Positions 1-11,280 of a stretch of 64,000 bases of DNA are shown piece after piece. Both the position numbers and the translations under genes were made by a program. The DNA is from Raillietiella orientalis (taxonomy: Eukaryota). The notes under the pieces were generated by a model. That model was given only the letters and a program-made list of their open reading frames with translations. It searched no databases and was not told the DNA's origin. Where the stretch lies: NCBI GenBank assembly GCA_036172245.1, contig JAYWIR010000124.1:1-64000 (forward strand), written 5' to 3'. Every line of letters begins with the position of its first letter. Positions within the stretch are counted from its first letter, which is position 1.

Positions 1-108
1 CTTTCGATTTTCACCCGGATTTAGCCGGGCGTTTATTGTGAAATAAACTTTTACAAAGACGTGTGGTGGCTGGACCATTGCTCCAGCCACGCACGAAGAA
101 ACACAGAG

Positions 109-153
109 TCTGCCGGGTCAACGGTTCGCAGACCGGTACGGTCCACCACGGCA
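109..153 (-). promoter_or_regulatory. Conserved 3'UTR stem-loop (representative copy)
   Basis: CTGCCG...CGGT-CTGCGA-ACCG...CGGCAG, with equivalent hairpins in about ten other 3'UTRs. Confidence 0.6.
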
Positions 154-224
154 GCAGGGGGAAGGGGGAAAAACAAAAAACAAAACAAAAAAGAAAAGAA
201 AAGTTGGGAGGGTAAGGGAAGGGA

Positions 225-3200
225 TCACAGTTGCTGGTGGTGCCGTTGCATCCTTTGCAGGAAGCCGGCAAGCACCTTTTGTATTCCTGGATCCAGGTGA
301 GGCCATCGCGACGCTCTCCTCAGGAACTGGGAGGCTGGCTGGATGGCACCCTCGTCGCGTTGTCCTCCCGTAGCCTTGCTCCAAGCGGTGACAATCCCGC
401 GTAGGCAGCACAAAGCTGCTAACGAGGCCGCTGGCCGAAGGGCGTCGGCAACGAAGAGGGCTTTCAGTGGGTCCCTGGGGTTGCCGCTGGGGATTCCGAT
501 GGCCGCGGCAAAGCAAAACCAAAGGGGCCGAAGGGCAACACAATCCACTAGCAGGTGGGGTAGGGACTCCCGTTCCCCACACCTGACGCAATAGGGGTCC
601 ACCGCTCCCCAGGTCCAGTGGTGTTGGCGAACGTTGCATGGGAGTCCCCAGTGCTGCCACAAGAATGCCACTCCTGCCATTTTAAGGGGAGGGAGGAAGT
701 GTTCATGTGCACCGGGGGCCACTTCAGATGTTCAATGAAAATTTTGAGCAGCGCGCCCCAGCGCAGAAGTCCAATGGGAGGCGTACTCGGGGACGCAGCG
801 TCTGTTAACTGGCCCGTCTTCCACTCTCCTATCTTCTTCTCCTTTCCGGAGATTTTTACTGAAACCTTCCACTTCGCCGTAACATCGCTGTCCAGATCTT
901 CCATCAGGGAAAGCAGCGCAGCAACAAGATGGGTTCTTTCTGCCCACGCTCTCTTCCTTGGATCCTCCAGGATCTCGCGGAGCGTGCAACTGCTGTAACT
1001 CCCAAACAGAAACCTTCATTTCTGTTGGGAGCATTGCATGCCGAACTGTCCCCACGTTCGAACAGTTTCCTGCAACCAGGCACTACCGTTCAACGGGCGA
1101 CAGGTGAGCAATCCTGGGTTTTTTTGATACCGCGCAGCCACCCTCCGTAGCTGGAGTCCGCATCGGTTGACGCGGCGACGGAGTACAAGAAACGACGTCA
1201 GTCCCACCTTGCCGGTGGCTTGCTGGAGAAGGAGACGTGCAGGGACGCACCAACAGGTGCACCACAACTCTGGAACGAGTGCCGACAAGCGGAACCTGAG
1301 GTGAAGCTCCAGCCGCTCCAGCATCAAGAGGCCCAGACCACCATCCCGACGAGGAGCGCACAAGTCCTTTAAGCGGACTCGGGCCCACCCGTTGCCCCAA
1401 AGGGCGATACGGAGGTGGTCCTTTTTCAGCTTTTGAATTCTCTCTTTGGGGGAGCAAACAAAAAGCAGGGGGCGGAGGAGAGGAGCCGCGAACGTGTCCC
1501 AAACCGCGGCCCGTTCAGGCAGGAAAAACCTGCCACCACGGAACGGGCCGATCGCCGTCTCTACTTTTTGGAGGCAGCCGGACCAGGCTTCCGCAGGGTA
1601 GTAGTCCCCCAACGGCACACCAAGGTACTTGAAGTACCTCACCGTGGGGATCCCCAAACGGACCCAGTCCTGCTGCCCTGCCCACGCCGCACCAACTGGC
1701 ATCACGGACGACTTCGCCCTGTTCAACGTATGTCCGGTTCCCCGATGCAGCAGGTGGAAAAACTCCTCGACCGCCGAAGCCGGGGTGGACATAGGGAGCA
1801 GCAGCAGAAGGTCGTCCGCGTATGCTAAAACGGCGGCGTACCGGCGCAGTCGTGCGGCAGGTGCGCCAGTGTTCCCCTGTACGCTCTCAGTACCAACTCA
1901 AAGTAGGTACTGAAGAGCAAGGGGCTCAGGCTGTCTCCCTGCCGGATCCCACGACGCACCGGCACGCCGTGCACGGTCTGCCCGCTGAAAGTAACATTGA
2001 TGAGCGCGTCGCGCCAGCAGGAGCGCAGATAGGCCACTAATAAGGCCGGGAAGCCCAAGCGTTCTAGAAGCTACAGAAGGAGATTCTGGTCGACGCAATC
2101 GAATGCTTTCCGCAAGTCGATTGCGACCGCAAGGGCTCCCTCCCCCACCCGACCATTTAACCCCTTGCCGGCGCACGCACCGGAATTCCGGCTGCGCACC
2201 AAGCTCCTTTCATGTTAGAGCTCTAGCCAGGTGGAAGCGTGGAACAGTTTCGCCTCCATGCTTCGCCCGGGAACAGCATATGTCTGTTCCGGACTGACGA
2301 AGATGTTGGCAACCCGTCGAAGACGCTCTGCCCAAACCTTTGCTAGCAACTTGGCGTCCGTATTCACTATTGTGATGGGACGCCGGTTGTTCATGCTCCT
2401 CAGACCTCCTCCCTTAGGGAGGAGCCGCACCTTTGCCGAACGAAACGAGGCGGAAACGTCGTATGTTTCGCGTATCAGGAAGGTGAGTTGATGTAATAGG
2501 GGGTTTAGCTCAGCCGCGAAAGTTTGATAAAACTCCGCGGGCAGGCCGTCCTCCCCTGGAGCCTTTCGCCTCTTGAGCTTTCCGATGGCCGAGAGGATCT
2601 CGTCCATCGTGAAAGGCTCGTCGAGGGTCTTTCTCTGCTCCTCCCCGATCGCTGGAGCGCCTTTCGGAAGCAGGAGTCGTGAGACGTTCCCCTCGGGAGG
2701 TGCCCTGGCATACAGGGAGGAGTAGTAACTCCGCAGCTGGCCGCGGATTTAAGCAGGTGGCGAGTGCTCCTGGCCCTGATCGTCCAGTAAGCTGGCCGAT
2801 CCGGACTGCCAGGCTTGCCTCTCGGCTCCCGCTTTGTATTTTGCCAGCCTGCGGATGTCGGGGGTCCTGGCGTAACCACGGGCCTGCAGCTAGGCCCGTT
2901 CGTCACGGACCCCAGTCCCAAAACCCGTAGGTAGGCGGTGCAGAGGGAACTGGTCGCAGAACTCCTGGACCGACCGCTTGAAGCGGTCCCAATCCTGGAG
3001 TGTCCGCAGCCTGAAGCTCCGTATGAACGTGCGGAGATGTTCCGCCGCGTCCGGGAGCTTCAGCCAGTCCCCTGGGAGACGCCATGCTGACGAGGAGGGG
3101 CCCCTGTCGCAAGGATGGATCTCGAGGACTAGCGGGCGATGGTCGGATAGCTCGCACGGTAACTTGCCGCGCCTGCCCACGCGAGGGCACAGGTGCTCGT

Positions 3201-3804
3201 CAAGAAACACGTGGTCAATGCTGTATTCCATCCCCGGTGCACTGGCCAACAAATTACAGGTGTGAACCGCCATGCACACCTCGTTGACCAGGTCACGCTC
3301 GGGATTCTGCCCATCTGGTTTCAGGCGAACGTTGAAATCGTTTGCAACCAGATGGGCATCCCGCACGCCTGCTTCGGTCAGCCAGTCTCGCCGGATGGCA
3401 AGGAAAAACTCTTTCCTTGCCCTCCTGTTCATCAGGTCTTTGCCGCTCGGTGCGTACACGTTCGTGACGATCAGATCGATCGAGTCGGACCACCTGAGAG
3501 TCAGCTGGCCGACACGACCGTGATCGTCGAACCGCACGCCCCGAGCCGCGGCCTCGACGGCTGGTTGAAGAAGGTAGACGACACCGCAACTTTTCGCTCT
3601 CCCACACCTGTACCATAGCCGCCCTCCGGAGATCCGTCCGATCTCTTGCGCTTGTTCTGCAGAGATCACGTGGATTTCCTGCAGCAGCGCAAGGTCGCTT
3701 GACTCCAGAAGGGCGGCCATGTCTCCTCTCATGCCGGCGTCCGTTATGCCGTTCACGTTCCAAACGGCGATGCGCAGACGACGGCGGGAGGAGATTCCCG
3801 GCAT
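225..3804 (-). pseudogene. ORF2 (APE endonuclease + reverse transcriptase + C-terminal Cys/His finger), frameshifted, ~1190 codons
   Basis: ORF pieces 2890-3804 (WNVNG, LQE, NVYAP, DFN, SIDH, SDH), 2215-2607 (KAPGEDG, RPIT), 1825-2058 (GIRQGDSLSP), YADD at ~1812-1823, 1016-1792 (KYLG, GGLG), 548-904 and 225-722 (CxxC...HLLVDC). Confidence 0.92.
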
Positions 3805-5310
3805 TACTGCTGGGAAGATTAAGGTGTGGGAGAGCCCTCCTCTTGCGAGGCGGGCGGGATGTCCATAAGGGTTTCGGCCTTCTCAGGCACCTGTGGCACC
3901 TGTTCGGCCTCCACCCTCTCCATCCCCTCCGTGTCCGCGCGTGGGAGTCTCTCGGGCGACGGGTCCCGAGAGTTTTCCACGCTCATGGCACCCTCGCTTG
4001 CGGAAGCCATCTCTTCCCCTTCGACGGGGGAGACGAGCTTCCTTGGCTTTGTGGACTTAAGTCCAGCCTTCTTGCGCGGAGCCCTGGAAACGGAGGCTGC
4101 GCTTCCGGCCTCCACCTCGGGGTCGGAAGTGGGGGACTCTCGAGGGGAGGCCGGACGCCTTACGGCCTTCTTGCCAGCCTTGGAGGGTTCTGGCTGCAAC
4201 GAAGCTGCCAGCTCCTCCGCGGCCTGCGCAAAGGCTACGTCATCGATGGTGGTGTCGATGACGGACGCCGCCGCCGGCTCGCTCCCCTCGCTGTTGACTG
4301 TGTCAACAGAGGGGAGGTCGTTGGTAGCGGCGAGTTCTTTCCGGCAGCGTTAGGCAACATCGAGAACGCGTTCGACAACGACGCTGCACTCTTTAATTAT
4401 CGCGCTACCCTGCTCTTTCTTCTTCTGTTGGTAGGCGATTTTCTTTTCCATCCTCCTCTCCTTCTTTGATTTTTTGGCCGTTGCCAATTGCCACCCAGTC
4501 TCCTGGCCGGCTCCCTCAACTTTTCCGGCGTTGGTCGCCAGGGTCTCGGGTGCGGCCTGGGTCTTTGGCGCGGGTGGCACAGCCTTCGCGGCAGCTTTCG
4601 CCGCCACCCTTTTCTGCAGAAGCCGGACGCGTTTTTTAAGGTTTCTCTTGGAAACCACCCGCACTGCTGCTTTTAGGCACACCTCCCTCGTGTGACTTAT
4701 TGTGCCGCATACTTGGCACTGCACATTGGGACACCTCTTTTTGAGGTGGCCCGACATATTGCAGAAGCCACAGTATTTCGGCTTCCCCACATACCAGAGG
4801 TCGACGGATTCGCCTTCGACCACCAGTTTGTGGGGTAGAGTGCAGCCCCCCCGAACGGTCACGCGCGCAGAAGTGAGGCCGTGTTGCAGCCCCGTGTAGT
4901 CCTCGAAAGGACTAACTTTCGTCCACTGCGCGTGGACCGTTCCGTATTCCTCCGACGCGGCGCGAACCTGTTCCTTGCGCATCCGCGCGGTAACACCTAA
5001 AAGGTGGAACACCAGGCTGCGGTCCACCGTAATAGGAAGGAGCCTGCGCGTCCCCATCACAACGGGGGTTTTAAGCAGTCGTTGGGCCAGTTCTGCATGT
5101 TTGCAGATGACCTCAACGTACTGACCCCCGCTGCGGATGGTCATAGCGCTGAGCTCCTCCTCTTTCACATCCAGAGCGCGCATGCCCTTCGAGAAGGCGC
5201 GCGCGCTCTCTAAAGAATATAAATTGCCTACCTTGTAGAACAATGAGAGGCTGTACCCCTCCTCTACATAGGCCGACAATTCCGCTCCGGCTGCAAGCGA
5301 TGGCGCCGAC
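3804..5310 (-). pseudogene. ORF1 gag-like nucleic-acid-binding protein (type A), in-frame stop at 4350
   Basis: CGFCNMSGHLKKRC and CQVCGTISHTREVC knuckles. ORFs 4350-5279 and 3819-4199 are in the same frame. Confidence 0.88.
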
Positions 5311-6540
5311 TGTCCTCGATCCTCGTGGCCTACCAGCGCAGCCTCTGCAACTGTGGCCCCGATTTGCGCCAGATGGTCGCCCTGATGAGGGAGAATACCT
5401 GGATCTCCTGCATCCCCGCGAACTGCACTGCCTGGCTTCAGGAGTCAGCTTCCGCGTAGGCTAAGACCAACGGCACGAGCGAGGCGGAATACAACTGCCT
5501 ACGACGAGGACCGTAGGCTCGACAGCCGCTGCAGGTTATTATCAACACGCCCCGGAAGTTTCTGGGGGCTTCTTTCAGCCCCCTTCCCCCTGTTCTGTCC
5601 TCCCTTGAAAACACTAGGAGCAGCAACGAGCTGGCATCGTGGGAAGTGTCCTGCCTCATCCGAGGCAGGAAAAAACCTTCAAAGGCGTGAACGACTCGGG
5701 AGCTCACGGACGCTTGCACCCCGAGCGTCCCGCCTCACGGACTTGCGCGCTGAGGAGAGCTGCTCGCAATACCTTTGGACGAGGTGAAGTGGCCCCCAGC
5801 GTGTTGGGATTGCGGCACACTTCCGTTGAAGTGGCAGGAGACGGCGTTGCTATTTCTGCACTGGGGACTGTTAAGCAGAGCACGCCTGTCTCACTGGACA
5901 CTGGGAAATGTGGATGCCTGCTGTGTCGAGTGCGGAGAAAGAGAAACCTTCCCGCATCTCACCCTCGAGTGTGTCGCCCTGGATGGACTCTGGAGTCGAA
6001 TCGCCCCAATCCTCTATCTTCCAGTAGGCGACTCTAAGGAAATTTACCGTCGCCTCTTTCTGCGTGACGGCCTGTGCCCCGCTGCGTCTCTAGCAGTCCT
6101 CTGCTGCGTGCGCGGCATTGTGCAAAGGTGGCACGCCAGAAGAAGAGGCCCAAGATGCAGGGACGCCATCCACTGGACGACGATCTCTTTAGAGACGGCG
6201 ACAAGGTGGCGTCTACCTTTCACAATAAAAACTGAACTTGACTGCATCCTCAACAGGATGCGGAGGACCGACCCAGGCGCCCAGTGATTCCTTCCCTGCC
6301 CCGTCTCTCCCCACACAACTGTTTTCCTCCTCGTTATCTCTCTTTTTGTTTATTTTTGTTCTAGTTTTCCTTCCCCATGCGCCTCGGGAATGGACCTAAC
6401 CGGTCTACGCACCGGCAACAAACACGTCAACCAAGGTGGAAAAACCAAGTGTTTCCCACAATTAACTTTTGAAAGACGTTATTATCTAATTTTTGTAAAA
6501 AATTAGAATAATAAATGCCCCGGCATATCCGGGTGGCAAA
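5311..6540 (+). mobile_element. 5'-truncated LINE fragment: ORF2 C-terminus plus 3'UTR
   Basis: ORF 5775-6287 (KWQE..LHWGL..CVECGERETFPHLTLEC). Homologous to 18850-20090. Ends AATAAAT...CCGGGTGGCAAA. Confidence 0.88.
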
Positions 6541-9500
6541 CTTCGGCTGCAGCCGAGCATTCCTGGCCAGCGTCATCGAACAGACAAGCCGCTCCAAACT
6601 GCCAAACCTGGCGCTCGGCCCTGGCCTTATACTTCGCCAGACGCTGGACGTCCGGGCATCGTGAAAAGGTAGGTGCCTGCAGATAGGATCTGCTGTTGGC
6701 GACACCCTCCCCGAAGCCGCGGGGAAGCAGGTGCAAGGGGAACCGGCAGCAGAACTCGTGGACTGATCTTTTCAGGTCGTCTCAGTCCTCGAGTTCATAG
6801 ATGGCGAAGCCCCGGAGGTGTTGGTGGAGATGCTCCGCCGCCTCCGAATTGCTAAGCCAGTCAGCCGGCAACCTCCAGACATTCATCGGAGGCTCTGTGC
6901 AAGGCTAGAGGAGCTCGAACTCTAGTCTAGGATGATCCGAAATCGCGGACAGCAGGCGCCCTCCGTGAGAGCAGGTGTTCTTCGAGGATCGCATGGTACG
7001 GCGACCTCTCTATCCCGGGCTCACCAGCAAGCAAGTTTTGCACGTGCACGGACGTGCATACCTCGCTCACCAGTTGCTTCTCCCTCAAGCGGCATCTCTC
7101 CTCTGTTAGCAGGTGGACGTTGAAGTCTCCTGCAAGGAGGTGCGCCACGTTAGCGCCGGAGTCAGAGAGCCAGCGGCTGCGCAGGCCTCCCAGGAATGCA
7201 AGTCGCACGGCGTAATGCCAGCCTCAGCTCGGCGCGTAGATGTTCGTAACGACCAGGTCGATCGACTCGGACCACTTGAAAACAAGTTGGCCCACACGAC
7301 CTTCCTCGTCGAAACAAACGTTCCGCACCGCCTCCGCCACCCTGCCTCGGACGAGGAACGCCACTCTGCACGTGTGCGCGGAGCCTTGCCGCCAGTGTAG
7401 CGTCCCGCCCGCGCGCTCTTTTAGATCCGATGCCTGCCGTACGGTGATGCTATGTATCTCCTGCAGCAGCACCAGATCGAACGCGCACAGAGCGTTGGCT
7501 ACCGTCCGCCTTTTGTCAGCATCACGTAGCCCGTTGACATTCCAACAGGCCACGCTGACGGGACGAGCGGACGCGAGTTTAAGCATCACTGCTGCGGACA
7601 CGACGGCGTGATCCTCGCGCCGTCCGGCGTGAAGTGAGCTGGTAGGAGAGCGGATTGGGAAGCGGAATCGCTCCCGTTCGCCGCCACATCGCGCCCAGCT
7701 GAGTCCTAAGAGCTGAGGATCATCGCCTCGGTCTCCGTGCAGGAGCCGGAACCGCCTCCGGCAACAGGATCGTGCTTTCGCACTTTAGCCCGTCGCGCTA
7801 CAGGCTTACCCCGGGATGCGCGCTCCATTTGTTTGCACTCGGACTCCACCTCGGAGTCCGAGTGCCTGGCGCGAGACTGGCGTTTTGCCAGTCTCTTTTT
7901 GTTTCGGCAGGTGGAGGCTTGCCCTGCCCGCGCGGGGGTCGTCCCAGTCGCCAACGCAGCTTCCCGAACTTTGGCTTCCGCAGCCGCCCTCTCGCGCGAA
8001 GCGACGGAGACAGAGCACGCAGCCGTAGTGCGTACCTGCGTACGCACCTTCTTCGGCGTGCTTCTCTTTTGCCTCCCACCTACCTTAAGGAAGGGGAATA
8101 TTGAAGAATCAACCTTCTTCTTCCCCTTTGTGGGCGTCCTGGAGACTCGAGTCCAGCCCGCGTCGGGGACGCCCTCCTGGGAGGCCGACGCCTCCCTCAA
8201 TTGTTTGGCCGGAGATGCCGGCTCACGTTTCGCGCTCGCGGCGGGAGACGGCTCCGTCCCCGTTACGCACTGCACCTGCTACTTAGCCGATGCGGGCGAA
8301 GCGGCGGTCATTGCCGTCGTCTTGCGAGGCGCTATTGCAGCCTTCGCTGCTCGTGCCTTCGGCGTGGAAGACGTGATCTCCACCGCCGTAGGAGGAGACT
8401 GCCGTTCAGAGGCAGCTCCGAGGGTACCCGCGCACGGTTTCCCGTGTGCTCCGCTGGACGCGCAAGCGGACGCGGACGGTTCAGCAGCCTTGATTGAGTG
8501 CGTGCCCGCACTCTTTGGCTGCTTCGAAGGTGGCGATTCGCCCCCAGGGCGACGTGGCATCTTTCCCGTCTGCGCGGTTGTCTGGGATGGTGGCTCTCCT
8601 GAAGAAACCGCGCCCTTTTTCGCGGGACCTCCACTCAAAGATGCCCCGCCCTTCGCGCCCGATTTCTCCCGTGGCACAACGGGGGAACTTTTCGGCGCGG
8701 ACGGGGTCGATTGTTGGCGGCTTTTTGCCTGCTCCTTACTCTTCAGCTCGGCGCACTCTTTGATGGAGTGGCCGAGCTGTTTACAATAGCGGCAGTTGCG
8801 TGAAGGGCACGTCCACGGACGGTGGCCCTCGGCACCGCGAATGCTGCAAGCCTGTTGCTGACCCGCAAATTTTAGGTGGACGATCGCATCGCCCACCTGC
8901 AAGTGCGGAGGCATTTGCCTCCTATCCGTCATGGTGACACGCACCATGGCAAGTCCGCTGTGGAGAGATGCAATCCTTTTGATCGGATTTTCTGCTCTCC
9001 ATGACGCGTGCACCGTGCCGAATGCACTCAGTGCAGCGACGAGCACGCGATCGGGCGTGTCCACCTGGACAGCGGATAATCGGACCACGAACGACTGCTC
9101 CATGGCCGACGGGACGACCTCCTTCCCGCGGATATTTAGCAAGGTGCGGAGAAGGCGCTGGACTAGGGATGCCTCATTGCAGTGCACCTCCCAGTGTCCG
9201 AGCGCTTTAACCGGCATGACGGCCAGGAGGTCGTCCTGTCGGACCCCAACGCGCAAAAGCTCGTCCCACGAATTTTCTCCGACCCCGTCGGAGATAGAAG
9301 CACTCACCGGATAGCAGAGCGCAGGCTTGTAGCCATGGGCTGCATATGCCTGCTGCTCTGCTTCGTCGGGCGTTGCTCCGTTGGCAGCCGTCGCCTTGAC
9401 GACGGCGGCGAAGCTTCTCGCCGGTGGCGAGACACAAGAATCAGAGGCGGACCGGACATCTGGAGTAGGGTCTCCACTGCCATTAGCAGCCTCCACATCC

Positions 9501-9607
9501 ATCTTTTGCTGCGGAGGCTCCGTGGACATCATAGTGGACGCACTCGGGCACACCACACACAAGAAGACGGAAAGGAATCACGCTCGAGGAGCAACACAGA
9601 ACACGTC
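6541..9607 (-). mobile_element. LINE 5' half, subfamily C: 5' end, ORF1 (7706-9562, internal stop at 8279), degenerate APE and linker
   Basis: 5' GACGTGTT at 9600-9607. ORF1 with CRYCKQLGHSIKEC. APE motifs WNVNG, LQE, NIYAP and GDFN in 6927-7601. Confidence 0.88.
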
Positions 9608-11067
9608 AGTGCACCGTTGTCGTCGAGCGGATTCCCGCCATCGACGAATGCGGCGCTTAAGAACTCGCTGCTGCCCCTGCTCAACCCTTTGTTGACCAAG
9701 TCAACAAGGAGGGGAGCGAGGCGGCGGCGTCTGTCATCAAGCGCACGCTCGATGACGTCGCCATCGAGCGCGCCGCAGAGGAACTGGCTGCCTCGTTGCA
9801 GCCTGCCGCCCCCAAGGCTGGCAAGAAGGCCGTCAGGCGTCCGGCTTCCCCTCAGCAGTCGGCCACATCCGACCCCGAGGTGAAGGCCGGAAACACAGCA
9901 TTCATCTCCTTGGCACCCCGCAAAAAGGAAGGACGAAACTCCACAATGCCCTGAAAGATCGTCTCCCCCGACGAAGGGGAAGAGGGTAAGATGGGTGCGA
10001 TGAGCGTGGGAAACTCCCGGGACCCGTCGACCGAGAGAATCCTACGCTTCGGCACGGAGGAGATGGAAGGGGTGGAGGCCGAACAGGTGCCTTTGTTGCC
10101 TAAAGAGGCCTCCGTCATCATGGACATCCCGAACACCTGCCCCGCGGCAGGTGGTGCAGCGCCACCTTCCCAGCAATAAAGCCGAGAATCGCCTCCCGTC
10201 GGCGTCTGCTGATCGCCTGCTGGAACGTCAACGGGCTAAGCAACGACGGCAAGAGGCGTGACGTGGCCGCCACCCTGCCATCCTTTGACCTGGTGCTGCT
10301 GCAGGAGATCCACGTGATCTCCGCAGATCAAGCCCGGGAGATCGAACGGATCTCGGGTGGTGGGCTGCTGTAGCGCTGCGCTACCGCGAAATCTAGCGGT
10401 GTCGCCTTCCTGCTCCGACCAGCCATCGAGGCCGCAATAAAGGAAGTACGGTTTGATGACGCCGGCCGCTACGGTCAGCTGACTCTTAGCTGGTCCGACT
10501 CAATCGACGTGGTCGTCACCAACCTGTACGCTCCTAGCGGTAAGGACGCGTTGAGGGCGAGGGCAAGAAGAGAATTCTACCTTGCCCTCGGACGCGATTG
10601 GCTGATCGAAGCAAGTGTTCGCAAAGCGCACCTGATCGCAGGTGACTTCAACCTGTGCCTGCTTTCAGGTGCGCCGGATACACTGAACGACCGCGTCAAC
10701 GAGTTGTGCGCGCAAATGCACACGTGCAACTTGCTGGCCGGAGATACGGACATGGAACGGAGCATCGATCAAGTGTACCTTGACCAGCACCTATGCTCTC
10801 GCGTGGGCAGGCGTGGCAAGTTACCGTGCGAGCTATCGCACCATGGCCGAATCATGTTCGAAGTGCATCCGCGCGACAAGGACCCCCCCTCGTCAGCGTG
10901 GCGTCTGCCAAAGGACTGGCTGAAGTTCTCGGACGCGGCGGAACATCTCCGCGCGTTCATACGGAACTTCGGGATGCGGACGCTTCAGGACTGGGGCCGC
11001 TTCAAGCGGTCGGTCCAGGAGTTCTGCGAGCGGTTCCCTTTGGATCGCCTACCTGCGGGATTTGGGG
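9608..11067 (+). mobile_element. Internal LINE fragment: A-type ORF1 C-terminus plus APE domain
   Basis: Homologous to 3800-4390. ORF from 10509 has NLYAP, GDFN, SIDQ and WRLP. Broken at ...LPAGFG. Confidence 0.88.
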
Positions 11068-11280
11068 TTGTCACCCGAGTACGCCCGCAACGTTTATTGA
11101 AAAAACTCTACATAAACGTGGTACGAGGCTCCACTAACGGCCACACAACACCGGACCTGCCGGGACGCTGGGACGCAGCCCGGCGTGACACTCCTCGGCA
11201 GTGGAGGGGGATAGGGATCAAAACAAAAAGAAAAATAAAGATAAGGAAAACAAAAAAGAGTTTGGAGGGAGGGGAAGGGA

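Larger units (their letters stand above)
8..5310 (-). mobile_element. Tx1/L1-like non-LTR retrotransposon, subfamily A; near full length, 5' ~300 nt missing, degenerate
   Basis: ORF1 with CCHC knuckles, APE-RT-Zn-finger ORF2 and a 3'UTR ending AATAAA...CCGGGTGAAAA. At 5310 it is joined to a + strand ORF2 fragment. Confidence 0.92.

Noticed and set aside
109..153. Calling the UTR structures a known ribozyme, tRNA or snRNA target
   Set aside because: No hammerhead, HDV, tRNA or snRNA consensus could be matched by eye.
225..3804. Bacterial retron, group II intron, DGR or LTR element
   Set aside because: An N-terminal APE domain, a CCHC ORF1 and AATAAA 3' ends, with no integrase, protease or LTRs, indicate non-LTR retrotransposons.
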